Source: Amoebidium appalachense (Eukaryota > Protista > Ichthyosporea). From it: DNA of 64,000 nucleotides. The DNA is taken from contig CAVNZM010000004.1 in the NCBI GenBank assembly GCA_963693365.1, positions 2,043,449 through 2,107,448 of the forward strand. Reading direction: 5' to 3'. Positions 53,413 to 64,000 of this stretch are shown one piece after another. Below the pieces are notes generated by a model, which was not told the DNA's origin, made no database searches, and saw nothing but the letters and a program-made list of their open reading frames with translations. The translations under genes were made by a program, and so were the position numbers. Positions within the stretch are counted from its first letter, which is position 1, and each line of letters opens with the position of its first letter.

Positions 53413-53798
53413 GCACAAACACACACCTCTTCACTCTATAGTACACGCAAATAATTTACCACACCGTGCACGTGTTGTTTAGTCTGCATACTGCGGAAAA
53501 GGGAAACATGCGAGGCTTCTTTAGATATACCCAATAAAATTATGCGCATTAACTGCTATTTCTGTCCTTCACACAGGAATATGTCTGCAAATTTCCTCCG
53601 GGGATAGTTGTTGGTGAGGTTTGGAGTGTTGGCTGGGACGGCCTGGCTGCTTTCAACCTGACCGTACGTTACTCACTCCCCTCTCTCTCTCTCTCTTCCT
53701 CCCCCCCCCCCCCCCCCCCCCTTTCCCCCCCTCCCCCCCCCCCCCCCACCCCAACCCTCAAACCCCCCGCCCCCCCAACACACACACACATACACACT

Positions 53799-53834
<36 letters not shown>

Positions 53835-56162
53835 CCCACCCCAACCCCAACCCCCCCGGCCACACACAGACTCACCCACCTATCCAGTGGCACGTATTCA
53901 TTCTCACATGCAACAAAACACACACAAAAAAAGCACACACATACGCTCCTTCTGCCCCTCTTTCCCCTTTCTCATTCTGCCTCCCCCCCCCCCCCCCCCC
54001 CCCCCCCCCCCGCCCCCAACCTCACCCCCACCCCAAGCTCGGGCTCTGTGTTTTTCTGACACCTCCTTTCATCTGCGGTACCACTCTCCCCTCCCCCATC
54101 CCCCCTCCCCCCCCCCCCCCTCCACCACCACCAATAATAAATAGCACGGCATTCATAAACAATACACTCACAAGATTTAGCATAATAATTATATGTGCAG
54201 AGAAAGACCCACGCACAAGTCAGTGAATAAACCAAACCTATGACCGCACATATACACAGGAATCGACACATACAAGCCTCGACACTAGGCACATACATAT
54301 GGCATCCCAACGCCTTCTACCGGACCCAACCCTTTTCAAGCAAACCCCTCTAAAGAGTCATTATCTACTTTATTCATTATCTATTTCAAGCAATCAACTT
54401 TAAAGATTAGTATACGTAGTCATAATCACGGCTGATCCGTTAAGTAAATGTCACCTTAAAAAATTAACGCCTACTTACTAACTGTTAATGTACGTACAGA
54501 ATCTTCGCACCAACACCCCCCAGAAAATGCCAGACGCTCTGGTGATTGGTAACACACGTGTGGAACCACTTCTTGCACGCGGTGCCCTTGCCCCACTAGA
54601 CACCCACCTCAACGAATACTATAAGGACACAGGAAAGTACCTGGTGCAAGATATTGTGACGTCAATAAGTAACGAGTTCAGAGTGCATGGGTCGTGGTAT
54701 GCTCTACCTATACAGGTATGTAACTGTATGTAGATGTGTACGTGTGTGTGTGTGTGTTCACAGTGCTTAAATATCTGGAAGGGGAGAGGGGGGGGGGGGG
54801 GTTGGGGGGGGTGAGGATTTTGTTTGTGGTGTGTGTATTTGTGTATGGGGGGGGAGGGGGGGGCTTTTGTGTGTGTCTGTGAGGGCGCGGGGGGGGGGGG
54901 GGGGGGGGGGGGAAGGGGGGGGAGGGGGAGGACTCATCACCGAGAAGGGGAGTGGACGGGGAAAGGGGGACTCGATTGTGCATGTCGTGTGCGTGTAGGG
55001 TCTGTGAATGAAGTGAAGTTCTGGACGATGTGTTTGTACAAACACTCCTCTCCCCCCTCCCTCCCCCCCCCCCCCCTCCCCTCCCCCCCAACCCCCGGCC
55101 CCCCCTTCCCCGGGCATCCCCTTAACATACACTGATACACTGTACAAACGGAACCCTCCCCGCCATCCCCTCGCCCTCCCTTTCCCCCCCTTTCCCTCCC
55201 TCCTCCCCCCTCCCCCCTCCCTCCCCTCCCCCCCCCCCCCCCCCCCCCCCCAAAGCGGCCCCTCCCCCCGCTTCACCTCAACATCCATGTAACACGTTTC
55301 TATCTTTTCAGGTGGCCACACGTCTTCTACTCTACAATGTTACCGCCCTTAACAACTCAGGCGTCGCCCCACCACCAACCACATTTTTTTCCCCCTCATA
55401 ATTTTTTGGGATGCCGTACTTCATCCCATTCTGTTGTTGGCTACCGGAAGTTTACCTGCACGTACCAACACCATGTTTAGTTACTGGTCCCAGCCCACAA
55501 CATTTGTAAGGTGTCGAACACGACTCTAATATATATTTTAAGGTGCTAAGTGCCACCCCCAAGCCCCCAATCTATCCCAAAAAAGGCCCGTGTTGATCTA
55601 TTTATAGGTGCTGGACATGGCTATGGAAGACTTAACCACCCTTCTTCCTCCAATTGGACATGGAAAACATTTGTGGAAAACGCTAGAAAGATCGGCCCGG
55701 GGGCGCTTTCATACGACCCGGATAGTAACGAAGAGGATCGGTTCGTTGGCTCGATGGCGCGTAGTTTTGGCTCTTTAATGTATTTTCTAAATGCGGACGG
55801 ATCATATAAGTGTCAAATGACGTCCAAGTTATTCCGGGACGCCTTTGATCAGACATTTGCGCAAATGGCTCGCGACGGGACGCTCGATTTGGAAGGTCAC
55901 CCCATACCGGGAACAGACAAGATGTATTATTTCTTTAATGAGAGATATGACGAATGGAGAAATTCCACACCTGTTGTCCCCCCTGCATTTACGAAATTCA
56001 AGGCGGGTGAAGGAAAGCCCTTAGTGGGATATACATTTACCGTGGCGAGATATATTCCAAAGCCCGCAATCAAACCTGCCCCTATGCCTGGGGGCTTTTC
56101 CTTTTTGGGCGGTGCGGGAATCTCCATAAACCCCGAGGTAGGTGGCTTCACCGTCTGCCCCA

Positions 56163-56193
<31 letters not shown>

Positions 56194-57062
56194 AAAAAAA
56201 AAGCCTCCTTCCGCGCATCCCGAATATCCCCTCCCCCTCTGGGGACCCCCTCCCCCCCCCCCCGCCCTCCCACACACACACACACATACCCGCACACACA
56301 CACATAGAGAGAGAGAGAGACAATTTCACCCTTCTGTCATATGAAGGCAACAAGCTCGACACCTTTCCCTCTCCACCCTTCACTTACCACCCACCCACAC
56401 CACCACCGCCACCACCACCCGCTTTTACATAATTGAGTCCACTAACTGCCGAGGGAGGCAACCAAACCAAGAACTAAAACAAAACTACCATAAAGAACAA
56501 CAATAAACCCCATTAAATTTTAACCACAGGCAAAAAACGATGATGGTGCATGGGACTACATCAGCACTCTGGTGACGTCAGACTTCGACTATGTAGACAC
56601 CCTAAACTTCGGCGACGGCACCCTAACCCCCTACCGCTCAAAATGGTCCCTGGCCCCATGGAACGACGCCGAAATGTGGGGGGTTTATAAGGAACAGACA
56701 GAACGCGCTATTTCAAACTACTTCCCGTTCATTGCACCCCCCCAGCTGGCTGATATTTCGAATTTTCGCATTGTGAGAAATCTTTTGCTGGATGTTGCTA
56801 TCAAGGGAGCAAGTGTTGAGGAGGCCACGGAGAGGGCATGCCGTACTATGGATTATCTCTTTAAGCCCGTGTGCTCACAGGTAAGCCCCCCCCCCCCCCC
56901 CCCCCCTCCCTCCCCCCCCCCCCCCCCCCTCCCCCTCCCCTCCCCCCTCCCCGGCCCCCGCCCCAGGCGGGCCCCTGCCAATCCCCCCTTTTTCCCCGTC
57001 AAACTCGCCCACCCTCACACAAGCGCTTTACACACCCATCCACACAGACAGAACACACACAG

Positions 57063-57097
<35 letters not shown>

Positions 57098-57178
57098 TAC
57101 TCCTCCCTCCCACTAGCACCACCACCTTAAACGCCTGTCTTTTGGCCTCCCGTTTAACTCCCGTCCCGCGGTCTCCCC

Positions 57179-57214
<36 letters not shown>

Positions 57215-59487
57215 TTCCCCCCATCCCTCCCTCCCCCTCCCCCTCCCCCTCCCCCTCCCACACTCCCGCCTCCGACTCTTCCCCCTCTCCCCCATCCTCT
57301 CACCATAATCAGCATCCCCCCAGCCGCCTTCTTTAACAAACCCACAACTCACACATATTCGCAAACAGGATCTACTGAATGAATCATTCGATGCCGGCTG
57401 CGACAAAAAAACCGGACAACGATATCTCTCTTTCACAATGCGTGACTGCCGCGGCGAATTTGACAAAAACTACAGAGAACTCGAGAAGATGAAACCCCCC
57501 CAGGAACACGAAGTTTCAGTCGTGTGCCCACACATTGGGAGTGATACACCTATTGCGAATCTGGTTTATGCATTGGCGGCGGTGGGGGGCTTTTACGCAA
57601 TTTGCATCGCGCTAATCGTATATAGGCGGAGGAAGGAAAAGGCGATTATGAGCGCATCGGTCCTGTTCCAGATTATAATTTGCATTGGGGCGTGGTTGGC
57701 ATTTGCGGGGTTGCCTTTTTTGGTAGGTGAGCCGGCAACATGGAAACTTATGGTGGCTACGTGGCTGATTTTCATTGGTGCAGCCATGATCTTTGGATCT
57801 ATTCTCGTCAAGTTGTATAGGTGAGTTTCTGTGGGTTACAAACCCCCCCAAAAAGGAGGGCGATTGGGCGACGGGGGGCGGGGGAGGAGGGGGAAGAGGA
57901 CGGGAGAGACGGGGGGGCGGGGGGACAGGCAGGAAAAGGGGAGATGGAGTTTGGGGAGTGGGGGGAGGGGACAGTTCCAAATTTACTTTTACATAAGGCA
58001 GCGCTAAGTACTAATATTACAGTAGATTGTGCGTTATGAACTAAATGATGATGGTCTTTGGTGCAGAGGGGAAAACGGCAGGTGTACAGGGAAAGGGGGT
58101 GGACGAGGAGATTTTGGAGACAGGTGGGGAGGAGAGGAAGAAATGGGTGTGGAGGGGAAGGGGGGGGGGGGGGGGGGGGGGGGAGGGAGGAGGGGGGGGG
58201 GGGGGGGGGGGGGGATTTGGAGGTGCTGAGAGTTTGATGTGGGTTTAGAATGAGAGAATTGCCGTAACACGGGGGCTAACCATATTCCTCTCTACTTTTT
58301 CTCTCCCACCCCCATTTTACTGTCTTCCCCCCTCCCCCCCCCCGTCCCCGCCCATCACTCCCCGTCCCCTCCCCCCTCCACACCCGTTTTCCAGAGTTTC
58401 AAGATCACCTCCCCCCTTCCCCTCCCGGTCCCTTCCCGCTCACTGGCTCTCCGAGTCTCTCCCCCCTCCCCCCTCCCCCCTCCCCTCCCCCCCCCCCCCC
58501 CCACCACCTTCTTCCCCCCCCCCTCCCCCCTCCTCCTCCCCTTTCTCCCCCTTCCCCTCCCCCCCCCCCTCCCCCCCGTCCCCATCATACACACACACAT
58601 ACACCCGCAGAATCTACTGCATTTTCGTTGGTCTAAAGTCCACCCAGAGAATTCGGCTGACGGACCAGAAGCTTCTAGTGCCTCTCTTTACCATATTAGG
58701 CATTGAGGTCTTTGTGCTGGCCCTCTTTACTATCTTCCGCCCTGCAAACACTACAATAACGAGGTAGGCTGCTTTGTGCTAGCCCCCCCCCCCCCCCTCC
58801 CCGCCTCCCTCCCCCTCCCCTCCCCTCCCCCCCCCCCCCCCCAAAAAAAAAAAAAAAAAAATCACCACCATCCAAAAAATACGTATCCTTTCCTTAAACA
58901 TGGCACGGCATGCCGTTTTGTTCACCATCGTTCCTTCCATATCCATAGGCGTGCATGGCACCGAATGGTAGTGCTTTCTCAAACATGATTAGTGTCTGAC
59001 TAATCTACACACGAGAGTTTCAAGAGCATCGTGCCAAACCGAGAGATAGATGCCAGAACGCACTTTGGACGCCCGAACCATCGACCATGCATATGACTAG
59101 TTGGAGCAAACTAGTTTCATGCATACACGTACTAGTACACTTAAGGTTTTGCCCGCTGGTGTCCTTTGTCACCTCGCTTTATTTTTATTTCGTAGCTTTG
59201 GCTTTTTCAGTTCTATTGGTGGTTATGTAGCCTGTGGCTGCACGTTGCCTTCATCAACGGATCAATAAAACCGAGTCAAAAGAAAAATAAAATTCCGACC
59301 ATCAAGCTAAAAGTGTCCTTAAAAAACTAAAAAAAAAAGAAAAAATTCTACCACCGGGACGTCAGTCAACCCAACTGCCCCATGTACGTCCCCTGCGTTT
59401 ATTAATCCCCTTCCCCTCCCCACCAGATATATGACGAGTGGCACGAAATTCGAAACCTTTTTAGTGAAGGTGCATGAGCAACACTGA
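52668..59487 (+). CDS. Class C (GABA-B-like 7tm_3) GPCR with a bacterial-type extracellular solute-binding ectodomain; start unresolved, interrupted and truncated after TM4 (possible pseudogene)
   Basis: Phase-compatible exons 52668-52973, 53577-53663, 54500-54715, 55312-(insert)-56137, 56530-56880, 57369-57820, 58611-58763, 59427-59487. SBP motifs PDAL...GALAPL...WYALP, LLYN, WTW, FLGGAGISI, AWDYI. 7TM motifs AIMSASVLF, FGSILVKLYRIYCIF. Confidence 0.8.
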
Positions 59488-60341
59488 CACAGGCTCTGTG
59501 TAACTGCTCATTGACCTGCATACTTATTGCTGGTGTTTATGTTCTTTTTTGGTTTTCGCTTTCCTTATGGTTTTATATGCCCTCCCTTATTCTCCCTTTC
59601 TTTCAAACCTAATTGTGACGCGCACGAGCTCCGCCTCCTCCTACTCTTTATTCACCTAATCTCCCCCTCTCCCCCCCACCCACCCACCCACCTCTGACGC
59701 TCAACGTTTCCCCAAACTCCTCCAATATTTCCCTTTTTCTCATCTGTCACACAGTTCCCCCCCTCCCCCCCCCCCCCCCCCCCCCAAAAAAACACACACA
59801 CACACGCACACACCCCACCACCCCACCACCCCACCACCTCTCACCACCAACATTCACCCACATCAAACCCCCTAATGCGAAATCTAATAACAATATACCG
59901 AACCAGCATAGTATACTAGTACATGCACGTATGGATGGACACACGATCACAAAGCATTTCTGGAAACAAAATGTAACCATTAAAACCATGAATTTACCAC
60001 AGATAGTTTCTGCCTGCCGACAAGCGGTTCGCAACCATGAAGGGTATCCCCGACGAGGAGATGCGCCTGGGTGGCTCAAGGCCCGCGGCATCGTCATCGA
60101 CGAGGCCGGCAACCGCAAGACTGGTGCAAGCGGTGGGAAGGCCAGCACTGGCTCGGCCAAGCGCGGGGGGGCAACGTCAAGACGACGACGACCCCGCCAA
60201 GCTCTCACCGGTCCAAACCGTCGACAAACTGGTATGTAAATTGTTGTAACACAAGAGCTTACTTACTGAGAATTTGTTGAAGCCTTGTGGTTCATAAAAG
60301 TCAACATACATCATGCCGACCTCTTAGGAATCCTCGTAATG

Positions 60342-60537
60342 TCCGTGCGATCCCTCCAATAGATCCTTATATGATATCGTCTCGAGTATTTTCTGACATT
60401 CCATGATGTCTTAATTGGGTTGACGACATCTTATGAATCCCCATAATATCCGTACGATCCCTCCAATAGATCCTTATATGACATCGTCTCGAGTATTTTC
60501 TGACATTCCAATAATGTCTTAATTGGGTTAACGACAT
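60342..60537. repeat. Intronic tandem duplication, ~108-bp period
   Basis: CGATCCCTCCAATAGATCCTTATATGA...TCTCGAGTATTTTCTGACATTCCA occurs twice. Confidence 0.85.
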
Positions 60538-61350
60538 TAGATTTATCACATACATTAATCGTGTAATATCGAAGGTGCCTTGTCTTGTTTTGTGTTAACA
60601 CGCCATCACCCCATGCATGCAAGGGGAAATTGTGTGTAACCTGTGTTGGATAACGGCAGTAAGCACACAACATACGGTGTGCGACAAACTTCAAGTTACA
60701 CCAATATGATTTGCCCTATGCAGTTCGAATTCACCAAGGGGCTGTCCAAGTCCGATCCCATCTTTCAAGTGATGGCGATGAAGTTCCCGTTCTCCAACGA
60801 GGGCCAGAGCAACATCCCCGTGTGCAACGCGTTCCTGGAGTGCTTCAACCTGACGAACCGGAGCTTGTACGCCACCCTGTCGGGGGAGGGTATCGAAGAC
60901 TGGGTTCAGCTGCTAAGCAGGTGCGCCAGGGGCTCCCGGGCCCAGAAAGTTGTCCCGTCATCCGTGCAGGGCTCACCGCGTGCAAGTCAGAGGTGAACCG
61001 GGGCATGCACACCGCCATGAGCAGCTACATTGTGCCAGGAACAAACCAAGATGTATGTGATGACTTTTTTTCCCACACCGTCTGCATGTCGTGAATCTGC
61101 TTGGGTTTTGCTCATGGCTGAATCATCTTGCAATTCATGATCGATATGTTGGCAGCTTGATGATTGTGTCTTCAAATGACAAAGGGTAACCATAAAGACA
61201 GGTTTTTTCATACGGGTTTGCATACAAACTGCAACAGATGAGACTCACAGCTGGTCCCCCCCCGGGCCCCCCCCCTCCCCCCCACAAACACACAATACAC
61301 ATACACACACCTGCACACACAAGCACATTTACATGTAACACGCACACACA

Positions 61351-61396
<46 letters not shown>

Positions 61397-62815
61397 ATGC
61401 ACATGTTACACAGCACTATAGTGTTTTTAATTTGCACTTCCACAAACACATATATGCATACATACACAGTTGTTCCAGGTTGCACCGGTCAACTCCGGAG
61501 ACCCAGCCGAGTTGGCCGAGCAGATCAAGTTTCGCCGCACGACATGGGAGGGCTACATGGCGGTGCACAAGACCAACGGCCTGCCCTGCGGCTGCAAGTA
61601 CAGCGTGGACCCCGTAACCGGCAACCCGTGGGGCAACTCGTCGCTCTACCGCATCATGTGCCTGGCCCCCATCTGCACCATCAACGGGTCGTTGATCAAG
61701 GAGCGCCTCGGCAAGTTCAAGACCCTCAACGTGGGTCCTCCCCCCCCCCCCCCCCCCCCCCCCCTTGAGAAACTCATTCTCTTCGGAGGTGTAGGAGCAC
61801 CCCTAGTGATATTGGGATCTGGCTAACTGTTCCTTGCTTTGCATATTCCTTGCCGAGATATTTGTTTCTGTTTCTGTTTCTTTTTTTTTTCCCGTTAATT
61901 ATTATTTTTTTTCTTACTTTTTTTTTTTGTGCAAGTGGGTCCCCCCCCCCCCCCCCCCCCCCCAAAGAATGTACGCATCAATATGCACACATGATTTACC
62001 CACACCCAAACCTGACCCCCTGAAGGTGGGCGGCCCAGCAACTTCTTTACCGCATAGTTATACAGTGTAAATTCAACCTTATGTTGGTGTAAATTCTCAT
62101 CAACCCCCCCCTCTCCCCCCCCCCCCCCCCCCCCCCTCCTTTCTCAACGTCTCGCACACCTCCCCTATTACACACACACCACTCCCCATTCACACACGCA
62201 CACACACACACACACACACATACACTTGCACACACACACTCACACACAGGAATTCCAGAAGGAGTTGTGCCCGACTTGTTCAGCTTCATGCTGCACACGT
62301 TCGAGTTTGGGTTGCGTGACCCTGTCGCGCACAAGTCGAGCACCCACATCAAGTGGTCCGCTGTGGTGTACCACGCCGACCAGCCAGACTACGAGGGCGG
62401 GGCCCACCCGGCGGAGATAGCAAGGGTAAGGTTTTTGTGCAACTATCCAAACGTGTTGTGATGATCTGATCAGCACTATGATGTACTCGAGTGTGTGTTT
62501 TGTGTTCATTAGATGCTAATGATATGCCTTCATGGGTCATTGTTTCTAAGTAAACGATGCTCTTCAGGTGGTCTACTAGATGTTCCCACATACTTGTAAT
62601 ATGGGATTTATATGGACATGTGGACAGTCTTGTGTATATCAGTCTTTGAGTTTCCGAGGTAGTATGCATGTTAGAGCTATGACCTTGACTATGTCAAATA
62701 CATATAAAAATGTTCTCATAACTACACTTCATATTCCCCACTAACCTCCCCCTCCCCCCCCCCCCCCCCCCCCCCCCCCTAGAACGTCAAAAACTGGGAC
62801 AAGATCTCCAAGGCC

Positions 62816-62998
62816 CGTGACGACCTCACCCCTGAGTTTAACCGCCTCATCGAAGACTACCACTTCGGTGATAAGATATTCCCCGACTTTGAGTCCCTGC
62901 GCAACCACATCAAGGGCATCGAGTTACGTCAAGACCTCAAGATGCAACTCCGGAACAACCGTGAACACCGTCCCTCCAAGTCCAGCATGGCATTGAAT
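62816..62998 (+). mobile_element. Isolated 183-bp copia gag fragment
   Basis: Translates RDDLTPEFNRLIEDYHFGDKIFPDFESLRNHIKGIELRQDLKMQLRNNREHRPSKSSMALN, colinear with gag 2779-2597. Confidence 0.93.
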
Positions 62999-63242
62999 TT
63001 GTTGTATTGCAGTCTCGCTCCTGTGGAACGAGACTTAAAAAATTTGTAACAAGTACTATTGTGAGAAAAAACAAACTGTCAGCGTGGTCTCTGCTCCAGT
63101 GGAGCGAGACAAAAAAATACACATGGTATCCGTCTCTGCTCCTGTGGAGCGAGACACAAAGAAACATTTTTATATGCTCTTCATACTGTCTGATGTCATA
63201 TTGTATGTGTCCTTACATTGGTTTTATGACATATGATATATG

Positions 63243-64000
63243 TGTTGTAATACGTAGTATCTACATATTGTAAGATCTTCTCAGTTCGTGTTATGTTTTC
63301 GTTCATTTACTTAGTGTAAAAGATGCGTTCCTTGTACGTAAATTATGACATCGATCTCCAGTGTGTTCGAATACTTGTAATCGTGCTGTGTCGGCTATAT
63401 TCGTGTGTTTAGATATCGATGTAATTACAGCAACTGATTATAGGTACACGAGTCTACCCAGTGAGGGAGAAACGTGTACATGTTTGTGTGTACATGAATA
63501 TCTTTAGTTGTTGCTGTGCTATGAATATCATCGTGTTTGTTGATATGTGTTCTTTTCTCTTTTCTCTTTCTCCTTCTATCTTTTCATTTCCTTTTCTCCT
63601 TTATCTTCATGTGCGTGATCATCTTTCTTTCTTACTAATATATGTTGAGTGGATTCGTGTTGCTTAGTATGTGTTGATTGGACGACCACACACTTAGGCT
63701 ACACTTAGTTTGACACGTGTGATCACAGCTCTTTAATTTACTTTAGTTTTCATGTGTTGCCGGGCTGTGACCAATCAACAGGGTTAGTGCTGTTGTACCT
63801 GTGTCTTTGCAGTGCTTGATAGGTTAGAAATATGCACGACAGCTCCCTCGTTCCTCGTTGTCTCAACACCTCGATACTAGGTAGTGGCTGTGACCTATCG
63901 TGTGTATTCCCGCCTGCCAGATCTGTCCTTAAACAATCAGTTCATAGTGATTGGTTTGTTTTACACCTGGATCTGATTTCCGACTGGTCAGAAATCACAT
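63243..64000 (+). mobile_element. 5' LTR and leader of a second, diverged copia element of the same family; continues past the window end
   Basis: LTR homologous to 19116-19306; leader blocks homologous to the reverse complement of 3594-4118. Confidence 0.88.

Larger units (their letters stand above)
60003..63049 (+). pseudogene. Spliced transposon-type accessory gene with frameshifts; last exon fused to copia gag sequence
   Basis: GC3-rich exons ~60003-60232, 60724-61052, 61479-61730, 62250-62425, 62783-63049; motif DPVTGNPWGNSSL; paralogous to 19646-21107. Confidence 0.6.

Noticed and set aside
56126-56134. ATAAACCCC as another retroposon end
   Set aside because: Lies in frame within a GPCR exon (Ile-Asn-Pro) with no TSD

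Overview
Eukaryotic, transposon-dense window with spliceosomal introns full of poly(C)/poly(G), (CA)n and (GA)n tracts. The gene content (R7-like RGS, solute-binding-protein/class C GPCR) suggests a unicellular holozoan or early-branching opisthokont, which is inference only. Host genes: an apparently intact 4-exon DEP-DHEX-RGS gene (26658-29095, minus) and a multi-exon SBP-7TM class C GPCR gene (52668-59487, plus) that is interrupted and truncated. The rest is largely a nested pile of elements, many with boundaries readable from target-site duplications (TSDs). A Ty1/copia element is split by a 15-kb Plavaka/CMC DNA transposon (13-bp TIRs, TC TSD), which carries a ~185-bp satellite, an accessory gene and a full-length LINE. 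There is also a second near-identical LINE copy, a second LINE family, a split-direct-repeat DIRS/Ngaro-type element lacking gag and recombinase, a solo LTR, a TA-flanked MITE, tandem tRNA-like units and a second copia LTR. The most unusual signal is a retroposon system (two LINE families, short SINE-like copies and a 14-bp micro-insertion) whose integrated copies all end in TAAACCCC(C) rather than poly(A). Most short ORFs in the supplied track are shadows of microsatellites.
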